Shown: positions 12,851 through 22,348 of the stretch, in pieces
How the letters are laid out: each line of letters begins with the position of its first letter
Numbering within the stretch: position 1 is the stretch's first letter
DNA from: Desulfotomaculum sp.
GTDB taxonomy: Bacteria; Bacillota; Desulfotomaculia; Desulfotomaculales; Desulfallaceae
Direction of reading: 5' to 3'
Assembly: GCA_016841675.1 (NCBI GenBank)
Contig: JAENYQ010000007.1
Span: forward strand, 1,638 to 65,637
Length of the DNA: 64,000 nucleotides
Program-made: the position numbers and the translations under genes
Notes under the pieces: generated by a model
Database searches by the model: none
The model's input: the letters and a program-made list of their open reading frames with translations, nothing else
Told to the model about the DNA's origin: nothing

Positions 12851-12896
12851 GATTTTACTTTTGGGCATTATTTTTAGATTTAGGGGAGAGAGTTTT

Positions 12897-13877
12897 ATGG
12901 ACCCGCGGGAAAAAGTAAAAGTTGCCCGCTTATCAATTATATCAAATACTTTTTTAACGGCAGGTAAGCTTGCAGTTGGTTTGTCCATGAATTCCATCGG
13001 TGTCATTTCGGAGGCGATACACTCTGGCCTCGATCTGGTAGCATCGGTAATCGCTTACGCTTCAGTGCGAGAATCAAACAAGCCGGCTGATGACCAGCAT
13101 CGCTACGGGCACGGCAAGTTTGAGAACCTGGCGGCTATAATTGAAGCTGTGCTAATAGTTGCGGCTGCCGCCCTGATCGTTAAGGAAGCAGTGCCCAAGC
13201 TTTATGAATCCACCGCGATAAAGTCGCTGGGTTTAGGAATGATGGTAATGGGTATTTCAGCGGCAGTGAACTTGTATGTTTCATCACGGTTGATGCACGT
13301 AGCTAAGCAAACCGATTCCCCCGCCCTAGCTGCCGATGCCTGGCACCTGCGCACCGATGTAATGACCTCGCTGGGAGTTCTGGCCGGCATCGCCGCCATT
13401 AAACTAACCGGACTATACATCATTGACCCTATTATAGCTATAGCTGTGGCGTTATTAATATTAAAAGCGGCGTACGACCTGATGCGTGAGTCGGTGGGCA
13501 GTATCCTTGACGTGAGGCTGCCGGACTGTGACGAATTAGCAATAAAAGAAGTACTAGAGGGGTATGCCGGCCTGTACGTGGACTACCGTAATCTGCGCAC
13601 TCGCAAGGCAGGTCCGGAGAAACATGTTGATTTTAATCTTGTTGTGCCCCGAGGCAAGCAAATAGTGTCCATCCATGCTTTGTGTGATAATATTGAGCAA
13701 GACTTGCGCAAACGGCTGCCCGCACTGCAGGTTATTATCCACCCCGAACCCTGTATGCCGGTAAAAGGTGATTGCGAACTGTGTCATATAAGATTGGTAT
13801 ACCGCCAGGAAGGTGACAGCGTCGGGTGCTGCGATGTATGCGCAGATTGCCATCCCGGGGATGAAAAAAAGAACTAA
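12897..13877 (+). CDS. Cation diffusion facilitator (CzcD-like) metal exporter with Cys-rich C-terminal tail
   Basis: ATG 12897 after GGGGAGAG. CDF motifs (HSGLDLV, AWHLRTDV). Tail CELCH...CCDVCADCH. Confidence 0.88.
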   Translation: MDPREKVKVARLSIISNTFLTAGKLAVGLSMNSIGVISEAIHSGLDLVASVIAYASVRESNKPADDQHRYGHGKFENLAAIIEAVLIVAAAALIVKEAVPKLYESTAIKSLGLGMMVMGISAAVNLYVSSRLMHVAKQTDSPALAADAWHLRTDVMTSLGVLAGIAAIKLTGLYIIDPIIAIAVALLILKAAYDLMRESVGSILDVRLPDCDELAIKEVLEGYAGLYVDYRNLRTRKAGPEKHVDFNLVVPRGKQIVSIHALCDNIEQDLRKRLPALQVIIHPEPCMPVKGDCELCHIRLVYRQEGDSVGCCDVCADCHPGDEKKN

Positions 13878-13984
13878 CCGTACATTGGAGATATTAAGGG
13901 GCAAAATTACCAATAACGGGTTTTTAAAAAATCTGGCAATGCTCTATAATAGATGTAATTACATTTTAAGGGCAGGTGGACTTT

Positions 13985-14617
13985 ATGCATGTAGAACAAG
14001 TTGAGAACGGGTATGCGCTGTGGCTGGAGCCCGCTCACCTTCATTTTCATCATGGTGACAGTGCCAGGGTTAAAGTGCTCTGGGGACAGGCTATGAAACG
14101 GGATAAGCCGGATCTTCCTATCAACTGGACGGGCCTTGTAAAGGAGCCCGGTGGACGTGAGTTCAATGTGCCTGTTGTTATAGACCGGGATGGTTTAAAT
14201 TATGAACTGACCTTTGAAGGTGGCCCGGAAGGCATTTATACCGCGCAGGCCGAGCATCACGCCGGGAAATTACACTATTTGGCCCGGGTACTGGTACCAT
14301 TTGGCCACCATGTGCATGGGCAGGGCGTGTTATTTAACCGGGGGTTGGAAATTGTGCCGGGTGATTATACCGAATTTAGTCCCGGTAAATCCGTCGACCT
14401 AACCGTGCTATATGATGGAAAGCCTTTGGCAGGAACCCGGGTACTGGCAACATACCATATTTATGATGGGGACGGCTTTATACATGAGCTTTTTACGGAC
14501 GAAAAAGGCACCCTGAAGTTTGTATTTGATGCCCGAGGGCACTGGATGTTTCGGGTTCACGTCACCCAAGGAGAAGACGAATATATAGCGACCCTGGTTA
14601 TACCAGGGGTTAAGTGA
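13985..14617 (+). CDS. DUF4198-like protein (no obvious signal peptide)
   Basis: ATG 13985 after AGGTGG. The YALWLEPAHLHFHHGD region resembles DUF4198/nickel-uptake-associated domain proteins. Confidence 0.45.
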   Translation: MHVEQVENGYALWLEPAHLHFHHGDSARVKVLWGQAMKRDKPDLPINWTGLVKEPGGREFNVPVVIDRDGLNYELTFEGGPEGIYTAQAEHHAGKLHYLARVLVPFGHHVHGQGVLFNRGLEIVPGDYTEFSPGKSVDLTVLYDGKPLAGTRVLATYHIYDGDGFIHELFTDEKGTLKFVFDARGHWMFRVHVTQGEDEYIATLVIPGVK

Positions 14618-14651
14618 GGATGATTAATCGATTTAATATGGAGGTGAGTCA

Positions 14652-14876
14652 GTGGGTGATGTAGTTATTTATACCAAGACCGGTTGCCCGCACTGTAAGA
14701 AGGCCGTGGATGATTACACAGCCAAGGGCATTCGGTTCAGGGAGATAAATACCAGCGAGGATGCAGACGCCAAACGTTTGCTTAAGGAAAAGTACGGGGT
14801 CGACAAAGTTCCGGTAATCGTAACAGACGGGAAAATCGTGTTGACAGGATATAACGGTGGTGGGTGAGGAGTCTGA
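14652..14876 (+). CDS. Glutaredoxin-like protein, candidate Uxx-stop selenoprotein (UGA 14865-14867 read as Sec)
   Basis: GTG start after GGAGGTG. CPHC redox motif. Annotated stop is TGA followed in frame by GGA GTC TGA. Hairpin CGGCA-GUU-UGCCG lies 16 nt downstream of the first UGA. Confidence 0.55.
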
Positions 14877-14897
14877 TCCCGACGGCAGTTTGCCGCT

Positions 14898-14925
14898 AAA
14901 AGCCACGCCTAAAGGCGTGGTTTTT
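14898..14925 (+). terminator. Rho-independent terminator
   Basis: CCACGCC-TAAA-GGCGTGG followed by TTTTT. Confidence 0.8.
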
Positions 14926-15107
14926 ACACTTGGCATCGGGATGCCGAAACAAAGTGGCTTAAATCAGGTATTTTAGTAATTACAAAAGCGCGCGTTCTTT
15001 ACCCTGGTTAAGTTAAGGGTTAATATGTGTATAGAAAACTTATTTACCGCGCGTCTTTGGGGCGACTACAGTATAACGTTTAGTTGCCAGGAAAAGGAGG
15101 GCAGAAC

Positions 15108-16061
15108 GTGCTATCTGTATATCAAATAACATTACCTACTCCATATAAGGTGGGTCCGGTAAACATCTATGTCATTAAAAACCGACCGCTGACCCTAGTA
15201 GATGCAGGTGCTGATACACCGGAAGCATATAAAATGCTGCGGCACATGCTCCCGCTTCTTGGCGTAAATATAAATGAAATTGAGCGAGTGTTATTAACCC
15301 ACAGTCACCCGGACCACAGCGGGCTGGCCGCTAAAATTGCCGCTGAATCCGGCGCTGCAATAATAGCGCATCGCATTGAAATACAAAAAATGGCCAGCAC
15401 CGCCGATCCAATCAGCGAACGGTTACCTTACATGTTGGAAACAGGTATTACTATCGATGAGATCCGTGCCATCCAGGATGATCGGGACAAACTACCCGGT
15501 CAGACGATGATAGACGCCAAAATCTATGAAATGCAAGAAGGAGATTTGCTGGAATTTGAAACCGGGGAATTACAGGTGCTGCACCTGCCGGGGCACAGCC
15601 CGGGACATATCTGTTTCTACAGCCCGGAACAAAAGTTCTTTTTCTCCGGCGATTTCATGCTTTCGCACATCACCCCCAACCCGCTTTGGGAAGCGGATCC
15701 CGATTGTCCCGAGCGGCGTATGCCTACACTGAGTCAGTATTTGCAGGGTTTGGAAAGAGTAGAGAAAATGGATATATCGGTGGTTTTCCCGGGACATGGC
15801 GGTTCGTTCAGCGATTATCATGGTGTAATAGAGGCTGTGCGGGGACATCATGATGTGCAAGTTAAACTAATGCTGGATAAATTAAAAGGTTATGAACTGA
15901 ACACATACCAACTATGCCGCAAAATATACCCAAATCTTGGTGGTTGGGATGTCTTTCTGGGCTTATCCGAAATCCAGGCTAACCTGGATTTGATGATGGA
16001 AAATCAGCTAATTGGCAGTTATAAGCGGAACGGGGTTGTTTATTATCAAACCGCCGATTAA
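15108..16061 (+). CDS. MBL-fold metallo-hydrolase
   Basis: THSHPDHSG motif. GTG 15108 after AAGGAGGG. Confidence 0.85.
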   Translation: MLSVYQITLPTPYKVGPVNIYVIKNRPLTLVDAGADTPEAYKMLRHMLPLLGVNINEIERVLLTHSHPDHSGLAAKIAAESGAAIIAHRIEIQKMASTADPISERLPYMLETGITIDEIRAIQDDRDKLPGQTMIDAKIYEMQEGDLLEFETGELQVLHLPGHSPGHICFYSPEQKFFFSGDFMLSHITPNPLWEADPDCPERRMPTLSQYLQGLERVEKMDISVVFPGHGGSFSDYHGVIEAVRGHHDVQVKLMLDKLKGYELNTYQLCRKIYPNLGGWDVFLGLSEIQANLDLMMENQLIGSYKRNGVVYYQTAD

Positions 16062-16097
16062 AAGGGAAAAAACTATTAACTATTGCAGAGGTAGACT

Positions 16098-17513
16098 ATG
16101 AATTTGCGTTTAATACTGGCTGTTATTGTGGGCAGGTTGGCCATGCTTGCCAGCCGTTTAACCGGTCGGGGGCGGGGTTCGTCGCTTCCCGGCAAATTGG
16201 CACTGCGTATCTACCCGGATATATTGAATCATTACCGGGATCAACCCCGTAAAGGGGTGATTATGGTTACCGGGACCAACGGTAAGACCACCACCAACAA
16301 TATGCTGATGGGTATCCTGGAACAAGCCGGCCATAAAGTTGTGGCCAACCTGGAAGGAGCCAACCTGATGACCGGAGTGGTTACGGCTTTTATCCGCTCT
16401 GGGAGTATTACGGGCCGGGTTAGCAGTGATTATGCTGTGCTGGAAGTGGACGAGGCCGTTTTTCCGTTGGTATTAGGCTGGATTAAGCCGGACATGGTGG
16501 TTGTAACCAATTTCTTCCGGGATCAACTTGACCGTTATGGTGAACTTGATACCACGGTCAAGAAGGTTTTAAAAGCTTTGAAAAAACTCACCGGCGATGT
16601 GAAGCTAATCCTGAACGGTGACGACCCGCTGGTAGCTCGCCTGGCAGTTGAATCCGGTTTGACGGCGCTTTTTTACGGTATTCTGCCGGTGCAAGAGCTG
16701 TCGGCTGGTGCTTCATACAGCAGGGAAGCCAAGTTTTGCCCATTATGCGGTGCAGGCCTGCATTATGGGATTTATATTTATAGCCAATTAGGTGATTATT
16801 CGTGCCCCGGATGCGGATTTGTCCGCCCTAACCCCGACCTGGAAGCTTCGGCTGTGTTAGAGGAAGAAACCGGTATTAGAGCGATGGTAAGGGGTACCGA
16901 CGGTCATTGGGAAGTCAGGCTTCCGGTGCGGGGCATACATAATCTTTATAATGCCATGGCAGCATTCAGTGCCTCACTGTCATTGCAAGTGGATCCACAA
17001 ACTGCTCTGGCCAGCCTCGGGAAATACTTACCCGCTACGGGCCGGATGGAATCGTTTCGTTATAATAACCGGCGGGTGCTCCTGAACTTGGTCAAGAACC
17101 CTACCGGGTTCAACCGGGCTCTTTTCGCGCTTTTGGGGAACCAGGGAGCCCCAAAGCAGGAAGTATTGATCGCTATCAATGACAATGATGCCGACGGCAG
17201 GGATATTTCATGGCTCTGGGACGTGGATTTCGAGATGCTGGCACTGCACCCGGAAAAGTTCAGCCGGTTTGTGTGCTCGGGGCAGCGGGCTGAGGATATG
17301 GCTCTGCGCCTTAAATATGCAGGAGTGCCGGTGTGGATGGTGGACATTGAAAAGGAGTACCGCCAGGCAGTGGATAAGGTGCTGAACGGGAAAGGTGAGA
17401 GTGTGGGCATCCTGGCCACCTATACAGCATTATGGCCGGTGGAAAAGATTTTAAGCCGGCAGGCAGAAAGGGTGAAGGATCATGACGATTACAGTTTGTC
17501 ACCTGTATCCTGA
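16098..17513 (+). CDS. murT: Lipid II isoglutaminyl synthase subunit MurT (Mur ligase family)
   Basis: GTNGKTTT P-loop, Cys4 ribbon CPLCG...CPGCG, DUF1727-like C-terminus. Overlaps gatD. Confidence 0.88.
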   Translation: MNLRLILAVIVGRLAMLASRLTGRGRGSSLPGKLALRIYPDILNHYRDQPRKGVIMVTGTNGKTTTNNMLMGILEQAGHKVVANLEGANLMTGVVTAFIRSGSITGRVSSDYAVLEVDEAVFPLVLGWIKPDMVVVTNFFRDQLDRYGELDTTVKKVLKALKKLTGDVKLILNGDDPLVARLAVESGLTALFYGILPVQELSAGASYSREAKFCPLCGAGLHYGIYIYSQLGDYSCPGCGFVRPNPDLEASAVLEEETGIRAMVRGTDGHWEVRLPVRGIHNLYNAMAAFSASLSLQVDPQTALASLGKYLPATGRMESFRYNNRRVLLNLVKNPTGFNRALFALLGNQGAPKQEVLIAINDNDADGRDISWLWDVDFEMLALHPEKFSRFVCSGQRAEDMALRLKYAGVPVWMVDIEKEYRQAVDKVLNGKGESVGILATYTALWPVEKILSRQAERVKDHDDYSLSPVS

Positions 17514-18216
17514 CTTGCTGAACCTGTACGGAGATCGCGGCAACATAATAGCCTTTACCCAGCGCTGCCGCTGGCGGGGCATACCGGTGCGGATTATGGA
17601 GGCCAATCTGGGTGATCAAGTGCAATTCGAGGATTACGATTTTTTATTTATCGGTGGCGGATCGGATCGGGAACAGGGTCTGATGGCCGAAGATCTGACC
17701 GCCCGGGTGAACAACCTTCGGTCGGCAGTGGAGGACGGCCTGGTGGTGCTGGCCATTTGCGGTGGTTACCAACTAATGGGGAAATATTACCGTATGCCTG
17801 ATGGTACCGAAATTCCCGGCCTGGGTTTGATGGAACATTACACCGAGGCCGGCGACACCCGGCTTATTAGCAACGTGGTTGTTGAGGCCGAACTGGGCGG
17901 AATTAAAACCAGGCTGGTGGGGTTTGAAAATCATGGCGGCAGGACATTCCTAAACGGCATCCAACCACTGGGCAAGGTGTTGCACGGCGGTGGCAATAAC
18001 GGGTTTGATGGAACCGAGGGGGCCAGGTACAGAAACGTATTTTGCTCTTACCTGCACGGGCCGCTGCTGCCTAAAAACCCGGCACTCACCGACCTGCTTA
18101 TAACGCTTTCGCTGCAAAGAAGGGGGCAGGACCACCGGCTGGAGCCTCTGGACGACAATTTCGAGAAGCGGGCAAACCAGGCGATGGTGGAAAAACTGTT
18201 GGGTAAAAAATCGTGA
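17482..18216 (+). CDS. gatD: Lipid II isoglutaminyl synthase glutaminase subunit GatD (CobQ-type GATase)
   Basis: AICGGYQLMG nucleophile elbow. Paired with murT. Confidence 0.88.
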   Translation: MTITVCHLYPDLLNLYGDRGNIIAFTQRCRWRGIPVRIMEANLGDQVQFEDYDFLFIGGGSDREQGLMAEDLTARVNNLRSAVEDGLVVLAICGGYQLMGKYYRMPDGTEIPGLGLMEHYTEAGDTRLISNVVVEAELGGIKTRLVGFENHGGRTFLNGIQPLGKVLHGGGNNGFDGTEGARYRNVFCSYLHGPLLPKNPALTDLLITLSLQRRGQDHRLEPLDDNFEKRANQAMVEKLLGKKS

Positions 18217-18234
18217 GTTAAAAAACTTTCTGCA

Positions 18235-18266
18235 AACCGGAACATCAGGGCGTTCCGGTTTTTTTG
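18235..18266 (+). terminator. Rho-independent terminator of murT-gatD
   Basis: AACCGGAAC-loop-GTTCCGGTT followed by TTTTT. Repeated at 31626-31657. Confidence 0.85.
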
Positions 18267-18303
18267 TCCAGGTTGTATTTTTATAGACGTCAATAGTATG
18301 AAT

Positions 18304-18332
18304 TTGACATAAATAGCAGGAAACTGTAATGT
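18304..18332 (+). promoter_or_regulatory. Sigma-A-type promoter TTGACA-17-TAATGT upstream of the ECF sigma gene
   Basis: Hexamers at 18304-18309 and 18327-18332. Confidence 0.45.
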
Positions 18333-18418
18333 CGAAATAGAACAATATACGACAGCGCAGTTGACTGTCCACCCCATATCAGGAAAAAGCAAAGCCTTAC
18401 GAAAGAAGGTTTTTTATT

Positions 18419-19006
18419 TTGAAAACAGAAACAATTGTTTCTAAAATAAAAAGCGGAGATACTCAGGCACTCAGATTTGTTTACGAACTGTTTTACAAGC
18501 CTGTTTACCAGGCAGCTTATTATATTACCAATGACACCGGACTTGCCGAAGATACTGTCCACGAAGTCTTTCTAAAGATTCAATACAAAATAAATCAGCT
18601 TGAAGACCCCTTCAAGCTGGAGGCTTGGTTGTGCCGTATGGCTACAAACACAGCCCGGGACATTATCCGCCACCGTTCAAGGAGCACACTATTTGCTGAG
18701 GCCCGGGGTATATACTCAGATAACCAGTTGTTCTCCCCGGACACCATCTTATTAGAAAATGAAGAAAAGCAGGCTATTAAACAACAGATTGATGGCCTTC
18801 AACTGGAACACCGGCAGGTAATATATCTAAAATATTATAGGGAAATGTCATACGAGGAAATAAGCACAGCCCTGGGTATACCGGTGGGAACCGTCAAGTC
18901 CCGGCTTTTTCACGCCAGGCAGGAGATTAAAAAACTGATAGAACCTAAAGGCAGTTTCAAACGTCGTAGTATATTCATAGATCCGGAAGAGGTGAAACAA
19001 TCATGA
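18419..19006 (+). CDS. ECF-type RNA polymerase sigma-70 family factor
   Basis: Region 2 and region 4 (MSYEEISTALGIPVGTVKSRLFHARQ). TTG start. 4-nt overlap with the anti-sigma gene. Confidence 0.88.
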   Translation: MKTETIVSKIKSGDTQALRFVYELFYKPVYQAAYYITNDTGLAEDTVHEVFLKIQYKINQLEDPFKLEAWLCRMATNTARDIIRHRSRSTLFAEARGIYSDNQLFSPDTILLENEEKQAIKQQIDGLQLEHRQVIYLKYYREMSYEEISTALGIPVGTVKSRLFHARQEIKKLIEPKGSFKRRSIFIDPEEVKQS

Positions 19007-19785
19007 AACACTATTCTGAAACCGAACTGGATAAAGTAATCAAAGAAACAGTATGCGAAATGGTGGATTCAGTTACCCCGCCCCCACTGGAAGAATCATG
19101 GGTAAGGTTTGATAAAAAGCTTAAAGAGCAGCACAAAACTGATAATCAAAGAAGAAAGAAACTTTTATATTTGCGTCTGGCTGCCTCTGCCGGCGTGATT
19201 ATCATTTTAGCCGGCGCCTTTGCCATATCCGTTCCGGGAACGGCCCGGGCCATAGGGGAAAAGATACTTTATACGGTAGAGACCCTGCTTGGCGGTACTC
19301 AGATAAATATCAGCACTGGATACCGGCACAATGAACCCGGTCAATTGTCTCCACCGCCAAATGAAGGGTTTACAGAGATCCCCATTGAAGAGGAGAGAAT
19401 TGTTTCCCTGGAAGAGGCGAAAACGGTTTCCCCTTTTCCGGTCACAATTCCTGAATATATCCCCGCCGGCTATACCCTTGATCAGGTTAAATTTCAGCCA
19501 ATGAGCAAACCCGTGGCCAGGATCAGCCTCAATTATAATAGCCCCGATGCAAATTACATTGTGCTTGAAGAGATGAATGTACCGGAGGGATATGTTCAGG
19601 GATACGGATATGATATTGAAGACGCTGTCACAGAGGATATCGAGGTGGGGAAAAACAGTGGCAAAATGATTTTATTCAAAAATGATATGATTCGAATGAC
19701 GTGGATAAATAACAGTGTATTGTTTACCCTGGAAGGGAAGATATCAAAAGAGAATGCTATAAAAATAGCCGAGTCCATGAAATAA
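19003..19785 (+). CDS. Membrane anti-sigma factor with DUF4367-like extracytoplasmic domain
   Basis: Translationally coupled to the sigma gene. Single TM (LRLAASAGVIIILAGAFAI). C-terminal domain resembles DUF4367. Confidence 0.7.
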   Translation: MKHYSETELDKVIKETVCEMVDSVTPPPLEESWVRFDKKLKEQHKTDNQRRKKLLYLRLAASAGVIIILAGAFAISVPGTARAIGEKILYTVETLLGGTQINISTGYRHNEPGQLSPPPNEGFTEIPIEEERIVSLEEAKTVSPFPVTIPEYIPAGYTLDQVKFQPMSKPVARISLNYNSPDANYIVLEEMNVPEGYVQGYGYDIEDAVTEDIEVGKNSGKMILFKNDMIRMTWINNSVLFTLEGKISKENAIKIAESMK

Positions 19786-19812
19786 AACGGGGCACACCGG
19801 GTGCCCCGTTTT
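19784..19812. terminator. Bidirectional terminator between convergent genes
   Basis: AAAACGGGGC-loop-GCCCCGTTTT. Confidence 0.8.
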
Positions 19813-20274
19813 ATTTGACATAATACGAATCGGAATACGACTTTGCAGATTCAGTTGTCGTGCCGTGGGTCAGGCTGTGATCCGCCCGTACTCTGTAATA
19901 GTAACCCTTTAAGACCGCCAGACCCTTTATCCCCTCTGCCTTGGATGCGTTATACCTTTCATAAGGCCAGCTTCCCAGATCGACCCAACTGCTGCCGTTC
20001 CAACGCTGCAGGTAAAGCCTTACCATGATATAGTCCACATTTTGATAAGCCTGGGTATAAGCGGTTATATTTATATTTCCGCCTCCGCTGGGAATAAGAT
20101 TGCAATCCCAATCCTGCAGGTACTGTAAAGATTCAATTCCCACTTCCTTAAACGCTTTACTTTGCTCCGGCGGCGGCGCCTTCAACTCAGGCTGCCCGGC
20201 ATAAACAGCGCCGGTTGCCGTAAGAAAAACAACCATCATTACCAACGAAAAAACACCTTTCGAAACCCCTTCAT
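19811..20274 (-). pseudogene. Small secreted beta-rich protein, copy 1 (1-nt deletion in the signal-peptide region)
   Basis: ATG 20274 after AAAGGGGGAA gives MKGFRKVFFRW-stop. The body continues in another frame (track ORF 19811-20245). Copy 2 is intact. Confidence 0.6.
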
Positions 20275-20310
20275 ACTACATTTCCCCCTTTCAGAATTAA
20301 AACGCTAACA

Positions 20311-20340
20311 TAAGACGTTTCAGAATGGGATTAGGTTTAA
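20311..20340 (-). promoter_or_regulatory. ECF-type promoter (degenerate -35), minus-facing, copy 1
   Basis: The reverse complement reads AAACC-N17-CGTCTTA. Confidence 0.4.
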
Positions 20341-20380
20341 ACTTAGCAAAAAAATTTATAAAAATTTTTTAGTGTTTTTT

Positions 20381-20406
20381 TGAACCTAAATCCATTTTCA
20401 TTCGTC
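20381..20406 (+). promoter_or_regulatory. ECF-type promoter GAAC-N17-CGTC, plus-facing, copy 1
   Basis: GAAC 20382-20385, CGTC 20403-20406. Confidence 0.55.
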
Positions 20407-20652
20407 TTATTGTGATTAGGTCTTAGGAGGGGCGTAGCAATAAATTTTGGGAGGTGGGAATGAAGGTGTGAGAGTAGCTGTGTTTAAAAGGATTTAGGTT
20501 CTAAAAATAAGGTGATTTAATTCTTATTCAAAAGGAGCATTCCTGTAATCATTGAAAACGACCTTTGAAAAAAGAGACGCCCATCAATACAATGGTAATG
20601 TGCTAATTCCCGCAAAGAAGGCACAAAACCAAAATTGAGGAGGCGCCTCTAT

Positions 20653-21881
20653 ATGAAGCGTACACAAAACGAGAAGATTTCGCAAATCAAAATTGAAACT
20701 TTGGTGGTTGGAATCGACATTGGTAAAGAAAGCCATTATGCCAGAGCCTTTGATTACAGAGGGATTGAGCTGGCCAAGCTGCTGAAATTAGCAACACGGC
20801 GGAAGGATTTATACTCCTGACCCGATGGATGCAGGACACATGTAAGCAGCATGAAAAGACAGAAGTCATCGCTGGCTTTGAGCCTACTGGACATTACTGG
20901 TTTACATTGGGAGACCATCTCAAACGCCAAGCCATAAACCGGCCATAGTCAACCCATTCCATGTCAAACGAACCAAGGAACTGGATGATAACAGCCCCAC
21001 CAAGAATGACCGCAAATCCGAAGACCATCGCCATGTTAGTGAAAGACGGACGCTACCGGGAGGTATACATCCCGGACGACATCTATCAGGAACTACGCGA
21101 AGCGGTGGCTGAAAGAGAGCGGCTGCAAAAGCAGCTAACCGCTATCCACAATAGGGTTGTTCGCTGGCTGGATATCCGGTTTCCAGAGTTTGAAGGCGTA
21201 TTCAAGAAATGGACAGGAAAAACGGCGCTTCTGACGCTTCGAATGTTTCCAACACCAGCCAAGGTTTTTGAAGCGGGCGAGGACAAAATACTGGCCATTT
21301 GGCGGACAGTTGTAAAGCGCTCCGTAGGCATAAAAAGAGCGCAGGCACTGGTCAAAGCTGCAATCAATAGTATTGGCAGAACCAATGGCCATGTAGCTTC
21401 AGAAGCCAGCCTGCAGAACCTGCTCGCCGAATACGATTTGTACCGTGCCCAGCATGAACGCTTGGAACAATTGATGTGGGAATTGCTGCTTCAGGTACCG
21501 AATGCAGTAAAACTTCTGAAAATCAAGGGAGTTGGGTTGGTTACGGCTACAACCTTTATTGGTGAAAGCGGGGATATCCACAGGTTCGAACACCCCCGTC
21601 AAATACAAAAAATGGACGGTTGTAACCTGGTAGAGAACAGCTCCGGCAAACACAAAGGAAAGACCACCATCAGTCACCAGGGGGCGGAAGCGATTAAGGC
21701 ATGGGCTGTTCATGGCCATGATTGAACAAGGGAAAAAAACCCGCTAAACAAGATGCAATCCATTGTCGTCCTCTGTGGAAAACTCATCAGGGTATTCTAC
21801 GCCATTCTGAGCAAGGCCGTTAACTACAATCCAGAGAAGATGATGGGCGATATTCAACAGTCGGTGAAGATAGCCGCATAA
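20653..21881 (+). pseudogene. IS110-family transposase, multiply frameshifted
   Basis: N-terminal VGIDIGKESHYA (DEDD), then EPTGHYW, VNPFHVKRTKE and C-terminal GVGLVTATTFIGESGDIHRF...CGKLIRVFYAIL in at least 4 different frames. Confidence 0.8.
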
Positions 21882-22348
21882 AACGCTGGAGACAACCCTA
21901 ACAAGCATGGAAACAACATAAGCACATAGTCGCCGAGTAGAGAGTGCTGCGATCCACCAGTTGATGTGTAAATGACCCAAACGTTTATACACAAGCCTTG
22001 AGCGCACTTTGAAAACGGAGAGCCGGGACAGTCAGGTTGAATTTTTCCATTAGGGCATAGACCCTGTTTAGGAGCATGACTGACGTTCCACCTCTTGGAA
22101 TAGGCAGGACGAAGGAATTTAGGGCGAAGACCCAGGAAGACATGGGAGGTTTGCTGCCGGGAGACGATGTGGAATCCCACTGGCCAAAATACAGAACACA
22201 AGCGGCCTTGGTGAAGGTTACGCATTGTCATCCATTATTACACATTGATGTAAATAATAAGAGACGGGCTGTCCGAAAACAAAGTAAAAATCTAAGAAAA
22301 ACGAAGATATTTTAAGATTAACCGAAATTTATTAAGGGGGGATTAATA

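Larger units (their letters stand above)
19219..20457. repeat. 1.25-kb direct repeat, copy 1 (partner 29147-30395)
   Basis: Near-identical by eye across the anti-sigma 3' half, terminator, secreted-protein gene and promoter region. Confidence 0.9.

Noticed and set aside
21744-22231. Minus-strand ORFs of 87 and 125 aa in the IS110 3' region.
   Set aside because: They have no RBS, no family resemblance, and they overlap each other. The region is treated as non-coding.
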